NCBI GenBank assembly: GCA_976226885.1
Contig: OZ320314.1
Span: 106,950,001 to 107,014,000, forward strand
DNA from: Iphione sp. A-MEVVRFRX5
Lineage: Eukaryota
Direction: 5' to 3'
Length of the DNA: 64,000 nt
In this document: in pieces, positions 48,509 to 60,970 of the stretch
How the letters are laid out: every line of letters begins with the position of its first letter
Position numbering within the stretch: the stretch's first letter is position 1
The notes under the pieces: generated by a model
Seen by the model: only the letters and a program-made list of their open reading frames with translations
The model's database searches: none
What the model was told of the DNA's origin: nothing
Position numbers and translations under genes: made by a program

Positions 48509-49633
48509 ATGGCGGACCCTCCTGGCCCTTTGCACGAAAGGAACGGCTTTGCGGACGATAGGAAACATTATATTGAGAGACACCGAAACATGGAGACGGC
48601 CAGAAAAACAACAAAAGATGTTGGGCGTTTCAAAGGATGGATACGGCAGACCGGTGAACAGCGAGCTCCAGAAAACACAGAACTGTACGCCGTGTAGACG
48701 GAAATCAATTTGACCTGTATTTTCAGTTCGATACGTTGGTATTTCGAAGATACCAAGAATACCAAGAAGACATTATTACGAGCAATACATTCGAAACATG
48801 TCGCCCTCAAACACAAGGAGTTGAAATCTATCAGCATGGGTAATAAACCCAACATGGTAAATAATCTGAAATTCTTAATTCACGATTACTTGAAGAAAAC
48901 TCACATAAAAAGTACTATGTACAAGCGACACACTCTTCTGTAATTTTACCACCGTCTTACCTCCGTGTTCTTTTATTCCAGCAGGGGTATATGATTACAC
49001 CCAAGCAAGAAGAAACGTTGTGGCAAAATGGAATGATGGGCAGCAATAACCTGCAAGCTTGGAGGAGCGCAATTTGGTACCTAGTCACCAAATGTTTGGG
49101 ATTAAGTCAGGCCGGCAGGAGGCTTGAAATCTCACCCAGGGCGACCTAACGTTGAAGCACAACATCGCGCTAGATGAGTACCTCGAATTCTGAAGACTAA
49201 TCAGGGGGACACTCCAAACATACGAGCATTCGCCCCCCCCAAATTTGGCGCAACCACCTGTTTCCAAGACGTTGTCCTATTTTCCTCTACAAGGAATATC
49301 TCAGCAGAAGACCAACCGATACCATGTCGGATGAGTCGCCGTTCTTTCTTTCGATTAACTACAAGCATAAAGAATCGAACCCGACATAGTATACAAAACT
49401 TCCTATGGGAGTCAGTGAGCCGAGTGATGAAGCTAATGGCTGAGGAAGCCGGATTTACAGAGAAAATCACCAACCACAGAATCAGGAGAACAGCCTGCAC
49501 GGCTCTATTGCAAGCGAACGTGCCTCCTAATATAACTGTCGGTCACCATAATGTTGGCAGCCTAAAACATTATAGCACAGCAAGTATGGGAACAACAACG
49601 CTCAATATGTCAGATATTAGCTGGCCAATGTAA
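48509..49633 (+). mobile_element. Decayed Crypton-type YR DNA transposon with a probable intron at 48857-48981
   Basis: Fragments RNMETARKTTKDVGRF, FSSIRWYF, KELKSISMGNKPN, ITPKQEETLWQNGMMG, IWYLVTKCLGL, RCPIFLYKEYLSRRP, KITNHRIRRTACTAL and VGHHNVGSLKHY follow the Crypton/DUF3504 YR pattern. Several frameshifts and stops. Confidence 0.85.
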
Positions 49634-50674
49634 TTTTTTTTTCAATGTAGCCGAGCAAATGAAGGAAGAGGGGATAAAACAAAACCTGAAGAAACAAGAC
49701 GAACAAGCAAGTATCACTTCCTCCAAAACCCAAGTCAGCTACCTGTACGATCACCAAGCCCCAGGATGAGATCAATGAATGCTCCAGTGATGCAGAAGTA
49801 ATGGAATATCCCTTGGAAGGAGTCGTAGCCCTAACCCAGAAAGCTGCTGCACCTGTAAATCCCGGTCCTCAACAAAGAAAATGGATGTTGAACTAGACCC
49901 TTGCGACATCGGCAATTTCAATCTGCACAACAGGAATTCACCAAAAGACTGGTTCTTGGTAGATAACTTCCTCAAGGAGGTCACAACTACAGCCAGGAGG
50001 AACAGTCTGGCATAGATACTACGGAATCCGAAAAATCAATTCAAGAAATTGAAGACATGGTAAAATGTTGTAGGCACGATCACAAGTACACAAAGAGATG
50101 TCCTCCAAAGAACAACGCGAAAGACCATAAAAAACACGAAATGCAGGAAAGAAACTGAATGCACTAGTTCACTCACTCAAATGTATAAATTCAATTGAAA
50201 GCAACCTACAAGTGAATATCCTACATGTGCTTTTTTCCCGCTGGTGAAGAAAAATTTAACTATTCCGATCGACGAGGATACCCCTCCTCAACAGCCCCAT
50301 AATGTGCTCCAAGCTAGATTTGGTAAGTCGCACGTTAATGCATATCGATCTGTTCCTCAGCTCCATTTTTCTGATTAAATACACACAAAAGAATACTTAC
50401 ACTGCAACGCATACAAATTTTACAATTATTTAATTGTAGACGGTCGTCGATGTGAACAGCACAGCAAGAGATGCCAGAGCAATACAAGCGAGGAAGCGAA
50501 TCTTAGACGGCTTCATAAAAATGTCGAACAATGCCAATTGCACCTTTAATATCAATTTGAAATTATAAATTTCACTTGCCATGGCTGTAACCAGCAGCAC
50601 TTTAATGTATATTAAAACACAGCGGATGTTGTGATATTTATAATATTTAAGCAATGTACCCTTCACCAGCGGTT

Positions 50675-50806
50675 GAAGTAATGGGTAGTGCAGACGTCAT
50701 TTTGTACTTGTCACAAAAATGTCGCAATTTTAAGGCCTCTGATTGGTCGCTTCTCAATACAATGCCACAATTAGTCAAAGATTATATCCGCAGTACCCAT
50801 TACTTC
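50675..50806. repeat. 17-bp inverted repeat enclosing 98 bp with a CCAAT-type motif
   Basis: GAAGTAATGGGTAGTGC (50675-50691) and GCAGTACCCATTACTTC (50790-50806), one mismatch. Confidence 0.7.
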
Positions 50807-51408
50807 CACTGCTTGCAATCGGCACATTATTCTAAAGTAACTGAAATACATACCTTGTTGTTAAATGTAATATTTATAACGCGTTTCCCATTAACACATT
50901 CCAATATGGAGTAATTGTTTACAAAGATTGATATGCATTAACGTGCGACTCACATCAAAATTTATTGAAGAACAAAAAGCACCAGTCCACGTTGTACAAG
51001 ACATTTAGAAAAAAATTCTTTCTCTTCTATCTAATAGAAAAAATGAAGCACATGCAATAAACGTGTTCATCTTCTTAGTGAATTTGTAGGTAAAAATATC
51101 GCAAAATTTAAATTCACGTTCAGTAAACATTTCAAATTGGTGGCGATAACGAAGACTGCATAGGGGACGACATTCGGTACGTAAATTTGATTTTCTGTCA
51201 TGGAATAAATACAAAACAACCATGGCGAGCTGGGTTAGGGTACATTGCAAGTTGCGTTTGGGGAAAAAACACTCAGAAACTTGCAATGCACCCTATCCCA
51301 GCACGCCATGGTGGTTTTGTGTAAATACTAGCTCCCCGGTAGGCATGACTTTGCACACAACTTACACCCCCCTCCTCCCCCTACATACACTCCAACACAC
51401 ATATACTC

Positions 51409-51409
<1 letters not shown>

Positions 51410-51439
<30 letters not shown>
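51410..51439. repeat. (TA)n microsatellite
   Basis: Uninterrupted TA run. Confidence 0.95.
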
Positions 51440-51441
<2 letters not shown>

Positions 51442-53056
51442 GGTCATCCCAAGATATCTATCTATGAACATTTACACAGAATTACACATATCCGTAAATA
51501 CCCTTTACTCATCCCTTTTTACCTGTCCTCCTTGTACATTTAAGTGGGCTTCACATATCCGTGTTGTTTACACACGGATATGATTTAGTTACCTGAGGGA
51601 GACTTAAGTCAACTAGCGCTTTCAGATGCGTCCATCAGTTATACTAACCTACACATTTGCTTTTTTGGATTCTGTCTGGAATGGGTTCTAACACAAACCT
51701 ATCGGTTTTCCCTTAGGAAAAAGCACTGCAGGAGGACTTGTCCGCACACCCGCTATTATGTCATTAACATATCACGATGGGAAGTCCAGGCACAATGCAC
51801 TATTGTGGGTCAAAATGCAATGTGTAACTGTGAAGCCCATCTTACATACAGACACTTCTACATACATCTACCAGCATAAATAGCTCTGCACATACCTCTA
51901 TGCACCAGCTCTCACGCATCTCTGCGCATGCTCTTTCGGGCCATCTCCCCTTCGGTACCAAGAGTCCCCAGCGCTGAATGGTCGGGGAGGCCAGTCCACT
52001 TCAACTAATTGACAATCTATCATACAGAGGCCGGGCCCTTCACTCGAGCAGCACGCAGCCAATGATAAGAAGGGAACATGGAGGAGAAAGCAGAATGGTG
52101 GTTGGCCGCAGATGAGGTTTAGACTCCAGTAGTAAGGATGAGTGACCGTATATTAAGGACAAGCCCCGTTAGACGCACCCATTGACGTTTGAAGATGAAT
52201 AGAATGAAAATATAGCCTAGCCTAGGAGAGCAGGTGTCCGGATACCGGTAAATAGGATTAAGGGTTCAAGTCCATTCTATGCCTGCACATTAGGAACTTT
52301 ACATAACTAACCTCTCACATTCATGCAATGAACTGTTGCGTTCCACACCATGCGAATGTCATTGCTGAATGTTCGCATTTGATTAGGTAACGTACTTTCA
52401 AAGCTGCAAATCTTTTCATTTGTTTTAATGATATGTGTAGATATTAACAAACACTTAGTTACTTAATGCAACTGAAACGATAGGGTACATATGCATAGGG
52501 GCCATTTGCAACGTCGGATGATCATGCAGCATTCCTGCACCTTTGAATGTGGACATCAATATAAACCCTGATAAACGTTGCACTTGAACCTAAGCCACAA
52601 CGTAGGGTATTGAAGGCAACTGACCAGGCTTCAGCAATCCTGACTGTGGTTATATACCCTCTACCGACAAGGGAAAGATAGCTTCATTTATTAATTGAGT
52701 TTCCTTCAGCGTGAGCTGCTCCCGTTTAAGACTGAGCCACATACGGCAGAAACAAAACCGAAAACTTACATACAGAAGAATGCTTCATAATGTCAAGGTT
52801 CATCAAGAATAAAACATCGATTTTCATTGCGTCACCGACCATCGAAGGAAACAAACGGCAAGAGGCAAACCTTGGATTTATTTGAGGTCGTTACTGCAAT
52901 AACTGCTTGTGAATTATGATCGTGCCATTGTCGGCTCTATCGCCTGTGGAATTCAACAGTTAATAATCTGGCATTCTGAATCAGGCATCATTCTTCTTGG
53001 TATGACGCTGTTCCCACCCCGAACAGTACTCCCACCTCCCCTTCACCCATCCCGAT

Positions 53057-53125
53057 AGCCGGAAGTAAAGGACCGGAAGGCAGGACGTAGGCGGAAATAG
53101 CATGGGAAATGTCACGTGAAAAAGA
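53057..53125. promoter_or_regulatory. CpG-rich patch with ETS and E-box motifs
   Basis: CCGGAAGT, CCGGAAGG and GTCACGTG lie close together; no linked gene identified. Confidence 0.25.
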
Positions 53126-56100
53126 CCATATGACTTACGGCGGGTCAAAGTAAGATTGTGGGACGCTAAGCAGACGCCGCGTTGTCGGAGACCTTCATGT
53201 AGTGTTTCACAAGGCCGTTGAGGGTCGCTCTGAAGAAGAGCTGCCATTTGGCTAACGATGTGCGCGGGCATGTCCTGTGGAAAGCTGTGGGTTGATTGGC
53301 TGCGCCGTGAATGGTCACGAGGTGGCGTTGTGGCTGTTGGAAAACATGGTCCTGAAGAAGAAAAGGGAGCTCATGAAGATGGGAGGAAAAAGGGATGCTG
53401 TGTTAGTAGCAATATTCCAGTAAATGCTCCCATTGAATATAAAAAAACGAGAGGGCTTCTCGCGAAAAGGCACGGACATTGAAATAGAAAGAGCCGGGTG
53501 TGGAAAGTAAGAATTGAAAGAAGGTGTAAAGATTGGGTGAGGAGAAAGTATAAAACATGGAGGTATAAGGAACATGGCGAATTTTAGGAACAGTCAGTTT
53601 CTTCGAGAGGACTAGATATAAACAAAGAAATGGGATGACAAGGAGCAGTAAAGGAAAACAGGAAACGGGGAAAAAATTGAATAAAGCCTATGTGGGAATC
53701 AGTAACATACTATAAAAATGAGCTCAAATTACAAATTTATATAAATAAGTATATAATGTAGGTACCTGTTTTTACTTATATGACAATGTTACTACTCGTC
53801 CCTAGCTTAAGTCAGCTTATTAAATTTTCCCTATTCAAAAGTAAGTGATTCTGTTCAAATAGCTACCTTTCCTTTAGACTTGGATGAAGTTATTTGCTCA
53901 TTTTAAGTTATGTGAATATGCTGATGAAGTAATGCTTTTTTCCTGTAGCATAGCATGTTCAGTAACGTAGCTAATTGGATACTTGTAGGCAGTGAAGTAT
54001 ATTGACATCGGTTCCCTGGATCGAATATTTCTGCTCTCACCGGCTGATTTAAGAGCCTTGGCTAAACCTTATCACAAATATACAAAAGATAATGAAATGC
54101 CTCTTAGTTCATGCCTATCCGTATTCATTTCTTTTCCCCATGTTCTGCCTTTAACTAATTGCCCTTCACAGTTCGTCTATCTCTCTGTCTGTCTCTGTCT
54201 CTGCCTCCGTCTCTCTGTCTTATCTGCCTCTCCTTGTTCGTTTGCTACTACCCTGTATCTTCGTGGCTCTGCTGCGCCCCCCCTCATGCTCCGTGTCTCT
54301 CCTCTCCCAGGCCCACTCAGCCATCTCCCACGGTGCCCTATTCCTCCATATTCCAGGATGTATGTCCGCTGATAACCAACAGATGGCGTCCAAAAGGCAT
54401 GTTAACGGGTAGAAGGGCCACTCTCTGGGATCTAGCAACGATTTCAGGACAGATTAAGTGGTCGTAATTTTCAAAAATGAGATAACACGATCAGCGATAA
54501 CGCAGCTTTCCTGTGTTAAATACGATTTATTATACAATAAACAAGGCAGTTTAACAATCAACTTCTGCGCAGGGCAGTTACTTTACGTGGCTCACACCCA
54601 CAAACACAGTCAAACAGCAATAGGGTATATTTATTCTATTTTTTTGTCCTGTATGCAACTTTTATAGCCAGCTGCAGGGACACTTTATCCTTGGGTGTTG
54701 TTAACTTTGTGAGTACGTGTGTTTTTGTGCTTTCCAAAATCATACTAAAAGAGGAATTGTAAATTCAGATTACCCCATCCATAACTGTACGTTTGTTTGC
54801 TATTCTGAAGTCAGAGACATACAAATAGATGTATCACTCATACATGTAAGTCTGTTCACATCCTCACGCAGTCTATTTGCATCTCCATCCACCAGTGTAA
54901 CTGTATACCTTTAACATCCTAAAACCACCGAAGTTAGGGCAACTGCTTGAAAATACGTATCAAACATTCTTTGTACTTAATTCAATCTGCCAGTTGATAT
55001 CGACTCTTCTTTACTTTACCAATTTATCCTCGCGAGATCGTACTCTCGATGTTGGCAACTCCATGTTCATATACTATTCTAGAAGTATGCTTTCCACAAG
55101 CAAATGTTGTCCTCATTTGTCAGTCTTCATGTTTCAGTCCAGTACAATGGAGTCCCACCTTTTAATCAGGACTTCTCATATTGTGAACAACCGCGCAAAT
55201 TGCATAATTAATCAATGCCTACATTTAAAAAAAAGAGGAAGAGATCTTTGGAGAATTGGTGGATCGCATTTAACTTAGACAATACGGGCAAAGAGACAAA
55301 ACGTATTTGAAATCATGATATTGGTTGATACTTATGGATGAACACTGACTGTTGGATTATGTGAAGAGGAACTAGTACATGTATATAGGATCAACTTATA
55401 GTTTGGTATGTGAGATCAAGGAAGGAAGGCAGAATGATACAGAGCTATACGTATTGAATGTAATTTAGGGTGAATATATACTGGACTATTTCATAATCAT
55501 ATGCTAGAAGATAAAAAAACATTGAGCTCTAGATTAGATAAATATAGCATGCAAATTAGGATAAATGAATAAAGTGAAATCGCATTAATACTGACAGAAA
55601 AAGGACTGGATAAATCTCTTGATAAAGACGGATGTCCGGAATAGCACCTGTATTTTAACATGAGTTGAAACATAACTGATGAATCACCAGATGACAGTAC
55701 AACATGTTTTATGGACACAATATCTGTCAATCAAAGTGTTACATAGCCAATGATGTTATGTCATTTTGTCACATGACTTGTGTAACCAATCCACGCAGAT
55801 GATTTTTATGCAACACTGTTACTTGCACATGAATTCTGATTTGAGTTCTTTGAATTCTGATTGTCACATGTCATTACATACTTATGTTAATGTAAGACAT
55901 ATATCAGTTGAAAATATGGTGAGGCATATTTATTCAAATTCAAATTCGATTTGAATTTTTGAATATCAATTGAAAATATGGTAAGGCATCTATATTTATT
56001 TCAAAGTACATGAGAAAATGAAATGCATTGACACTGCAACTAAAATTCCTTTTCTTTATTTTGAGCATTTTATGTGACCGTAATAAAAGTATGATTCTCA

Positions 56101-59100
56101 CATCATGTGATGGATGGGTGTGGCAATGTGACGGTATGGTGATGGGTCAATCTACTGTAAGGATTGCATATTTTCTTGTAAAGAAGCATTACTTCTGTTG
56201 CATCTGTTAAAATTTGCATGCTCTTTATTACAGCTACATGATGACAAGATATATTTCTTTGGATAAATCCTTGAAGAGCATACAAAGTATCATAATATCG
56301 ATAAAAATCAGAATACCAATGAACGGATAATACCAAATTGTGCACAAAACACGAGCGATGTGATATCTTTAAGGTACAAAGCGAAGTAAATGCATGATTT
56401 ATTCTTTAGTGAAATAAAGCATGACTCCACACATTAGGACTTCGTACAAGGTATTGTCAATAGCTGATCCTCCCACTCCAGCTCTGGCTTTGTATGTGTA
56501 TGTGTGTGCATGTGTGTTTATGTATGTTTGTTTTGACACAGCCATGAAACATTCATCTGTTTATGACCGGTGCTTACTGCGTCCACTAAAAGCTTCTAAT
56601 AACAGACACGACCCCACCTGAATACTCTGGAAGTCTGCACGCTACCGAGTTGTGGAGCAGAGTGTGACGGCACGGTCAGGGTCACTCATCTTAAGACCCC
56701 GCACATACACATACTCACACAAGAACATCTACACATGCAGCCATGCACAAACTATAATCTCGTGGATCCTATAGACTAAACTTTATTCGCAATAGGGTCA
56801 TTTTATGTAGTCATACCGCTGTTAATCCCTACCCTGAGCATACTGCAAAGTAGTCCAGGGCACTCATAACTAACGTGGATCAGCTTTTCAAGTCCTTGTT
56901 GAAAGCCATATAGCCAGCAGGCCGTGCATCTAGCCAATGTGGGATGATTATTTAGATTAGTCTGAGCGTAGTGAAACACGACAAGAGGCGGGTAAACGTC
57001 GTGAAGTGAAAATAACTAAACTAACTGCTCCTGTACAGACTGGCAGTAAAAACGTTCTGGGCCACCATAGGGGACAAAATAAACATCAGCTATCCAACGT
57101 CCTTGTGGCAATGTATAGGATTAAATGTATATCGTTAAGACTGACTGACCCCTTCTGCTGATGCCCGATGGACTCGTGTTTTCATGTCATATACTAAAAT
57201 AACGCGCTTCTGCTTAAGAGGACTAGATGGAAGTATTAAAACACACACATATATATGTGTGTGTGGACTGGGCCAGCATGATTCACAAATAAGACTGGTT
57301 TGGACTCCGGGCCAAATATAAAAATTTATCCAAATCAGTCTTTTATATGAATCATGCTGGACCATTTCCAATATCTCCTATCTGTTATTTAATTTTACCC
57401 ATATAAAAGAGGAAGAAACTGTTGTAACATATGCTTTTTATTTTACTTGCATTCTCCTGTCTGGACCTTATCTTTCTACCTTACTTCCCCTCGTTCAGAT
57501 ATGCATTTAAACACAATTCTTTTTTTTATTTTTGGGGTGGGGGGGTTGGGGATGGTGGATGATGAGGCCATGGAGACCATGTTCATACTGTGCTCTCGAT
57601 ACTGCTGGTTGCCAATTTGGAATCAGACCAAAGACCATTGACGTGGGTCTAAATTCGCCATTACTTACTGTTCAGTGGCTCCCCCATGTAGAGTTTTAGT
57701 GTAACTATACTAGGGAACAGCTGTCCCTTTGTCATTCGCTACATGCATAACTCTTTAATGACACTGTAGGTCTGACGATTTCAGTAGCAATATGAATAAG
57801 AATATATTAGTTGGGGGTGATTGCCTTCATAAACCTGGCAGAAACAATGGGATTCATGAAACCTGACCGTTGGAATGATTTTTATGAGCGTTTTTTAAGC
57901 AAAAGCCATCGGAATTTGGCCATTGCTAGAGATTCCAGTAGGGCTGGTAATATATTTAGTAATATGTTGTTAATAAACGTCAGCCTGAATATATTCAAGA
58001 GACAGCCCGCGAGGATGATCACTTCAAAGCCTGGGCCGGTGAGCAGTAAAGAGATGAAAATAGTAGCCAGGCAGTATTAATGCGACATGGCAAAATGTCC
58101 TTTCTAATAAATGTCGAGTTGAAAGGGAATCACCGTAGAAAGACATCCACCCTAGATGTCGGTGAATGAATACTCTACAGCCAGATATGAGTGTCCAAAT
58201 AATAATACAATATTGTTTTGTATATAGAACGACACAGCAGATCAGCTCATTTGTGCGCATTGTAAGTTAACGATAATCTGTGTATCTTCTCTAATAATGA
58301 CCGCTTGTCCTCACCAGGCACTGTAAACCTCTGCCTAACAGTGCTGTTATATAGTCTGACGAGAACATGACAGCTAATGTGAAAACACATGGGTAATGAA
58401 CCAATCGCCGACCATTGATTTTGCTATATATACCTTGGCTCATGTTGAAAGAAGGTCTGACATTGGTTGCTACATTGTGCTAAATAACTGTAAAGCCCGC
58501 GCGACTGTTTTATGTCTCTTATCTATTCCGTTATAAATGGAAGAAGCAGCATTTCTTCAGCTCCATGCTGAGGCTATAACGATGGATTTGTTTGCTTTAA
58601 TTTGCTATCGTAGTTGTGTTGATATACAGTAAGGAGGCGATGGGTTCTAACTCCTTAAATGTATCCTAGTAATATTTTCTACCGAGTATTATAACAACAT
58701 CAAAATGGTGCATATCATACAGCCTGTGTGCAAACAATAAAACCCGTTATTTTGGAGGAATCTGTATAAGTATTCATTACAACTGGTATTCAAAGTAATA
58801 TAGGACCACCCAATACCTAAACAACGGAGAGGCAGGGGGCCCAACTTGGAATCGAAAAGGATGCATTCCTTCAAAACGGTATTTATATACAGTTTGTTTT
58901 GTCATCGACACGGCAAAACAATGCTAGAATGTGTAAAGAAAGGCTGCCCTTCTATTTTGTACCTTTCAGCCGGCAACGTTATGTCATTTCAACTTGTTTA
59001 AAATCCCTGGGCCCTATTACTCTACGCATGTTTGCTCAAGGTTGGTCTTTCTGCAAAATTGTAAGAACTGCGCTACTAATCATATTGGGATCAGATTGCC

Positions 59101-60599
59101 ACCGAGCAACTCGAGTCTCCTCGAACTCTCAACGCAGAGATGTGCTCCCTGCATTCGAAAACAAGAATAATAAAATCTAATCTCTGAAGGATAATTACCT
59201 TCCAGGCATGTATTACAATGCAATATGTTAGGTTGGAATTCTCCCACAGAAACCTTACTGTTGCATTAAATTACTGATGTGTAATTACCATTGACAAAGT
59301 CCATAACGTGGACGTTATACAACGTGGCGTTATAGCACACATAAGCCTTCCGAAGAAAGTATTCATCTGATATTTATTATTAGGCTGTAGTTGGGGTTTG
59401 AGAGGCTGTCAAGTCTGAATATTATCATAACGGGCGCCTGGTAGGCTTCAACAATGATTCGTTTTTTAGGGATTCCATCACGGATCATTACGACGGGTAG
59501 AAAATGATCCAGTTATTATCTATTTTCAGTCCAAAGATTATTGTCATAAGTCGGAAATGTTTATAATGTATACTATTCAAGAATCAAGAATAGTTTATTA
59601 ACCTGAACATGCTTTATGATAAAAGAAGCTTTTATCCAGCTTCAGTTCATATTTAGCTAATTAACGCAGTTCTTTACTAACAAAGACGCTGTGAAAAACA
59701 GATAATGATGGCAACCTTGAGTACAATAATTTAATAGAATGTACCTATTTTGATATCCATTGCTGATATCCAATGCTCATAGTTCAGAAACACAGGCATT
59801 ACAGTATTTGACTCACTGGACGACGTCCAGTACATCTTCGATCTTAACCAATATTAGAAATAAGAGATTTTTTCGATGAACAAGGGCCAAATCCATAACT
59901 CAGGGGAGAGACCAAGATTTCTGAGACCAAATAATCCATTTCAGTCTGCATAGTGTATGTCTATGGAGACAATGGCGGGACCAAAATTAGCCATTTACAT
60001 TCTTGTTTTCCTATGCCAACTGCATACCTTCCATTCTTGGCCTCCTATCTCAACTGTATACAGTTGAATGCCAGTTTGTGACTATACGGATAAGCATCCC
60101 TAACCATTAAAATAGCCATATGAGCTCAGAATGGAAACACTGGAAGAGAATTGAGAGCAATATGTCAGAAGTCCTTGCTCAGAGCAAGGTACAACCAAAG
60201 GTGTCAATGCGAAATTTCAGATGTCTACACTCATAGAACATTTTGCTGCTGTTCAGACTTAAGTTGACAAATCTACTCCTTTTTACTTTTACTCATCAAA
60301 ATTACCCACTTAAAGGACTTAACTCATCAAATTTGCAAACTTTCATAACAAATTAACTCAGACAACTATAAAGACAATTTAAAACCAACCTTGTATTATG
60401 TTTAAGTGAAACCAAAGTTATACAGAAACGTAGAGAGCTCTGGGGGTGCTAAGTTGGAAATTGTATATGACTATGTGTATTAATAGATCCTACTTAATGT
60501 GGAATTACATGAAAACAACCTGAAAAATAGTGTACTTATAACGTAATATAAATCAATTTTTTACCCATAGGTTAGTTATCCAACTTTGTTCTTAACTTG

Positions 60600-60970
60600 C
60601 AATACCAGTAAAGCCTTACGGAGACTACAAAAAGTACAAGACAGGGCCCTTATAATGCTAGACACAAGCGATCTTAACAAACTCAGTAATACAAAAAGGC
60701 AACAAGTACAAAGCTCCACCTCTGACCCCTTTGGAATAAATAGTGGGGTAAAATAAAGTTTTGTCCTTGGCACAATACTTTGGCATATTCTTCTCTTTTT
60801 TCCTCCAACATGCCTTTGCCAACTCAATAGAAAGTAATTGATTTCCACACAAGCTCAGCCGATCAACCTCAGCCAACTTGAGGCCAAGATCAAGATTTGA
60901 AAAGTCCCAGTGAGAGATATGATAAGACTGCCCTTGTTACTCATAGCAAGGAAGAACTATTTTATTGGGA
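60600..60970 (+). mobile_element. Decayed RTE-clade LINE RT remnant
   Basis: SDPFGINSGVK*SFVLGTIL, HAFANSIE, NLSQLEAKIKI*KVPVRDM and TALVTHSKEEL match the RTE RT segment around FADD. Confidence 0.7.

Noticed and set aside
57800-58200. LINE endonuclease remnant on the minus strand (IILAG..N)
   Set aside because: Catalytic motifs are not preserved.
59200-59850. Penelope GIY-YIG-like remnant on the minus strand
   Set aside because: Only a CxxC and vague spacing are seen.
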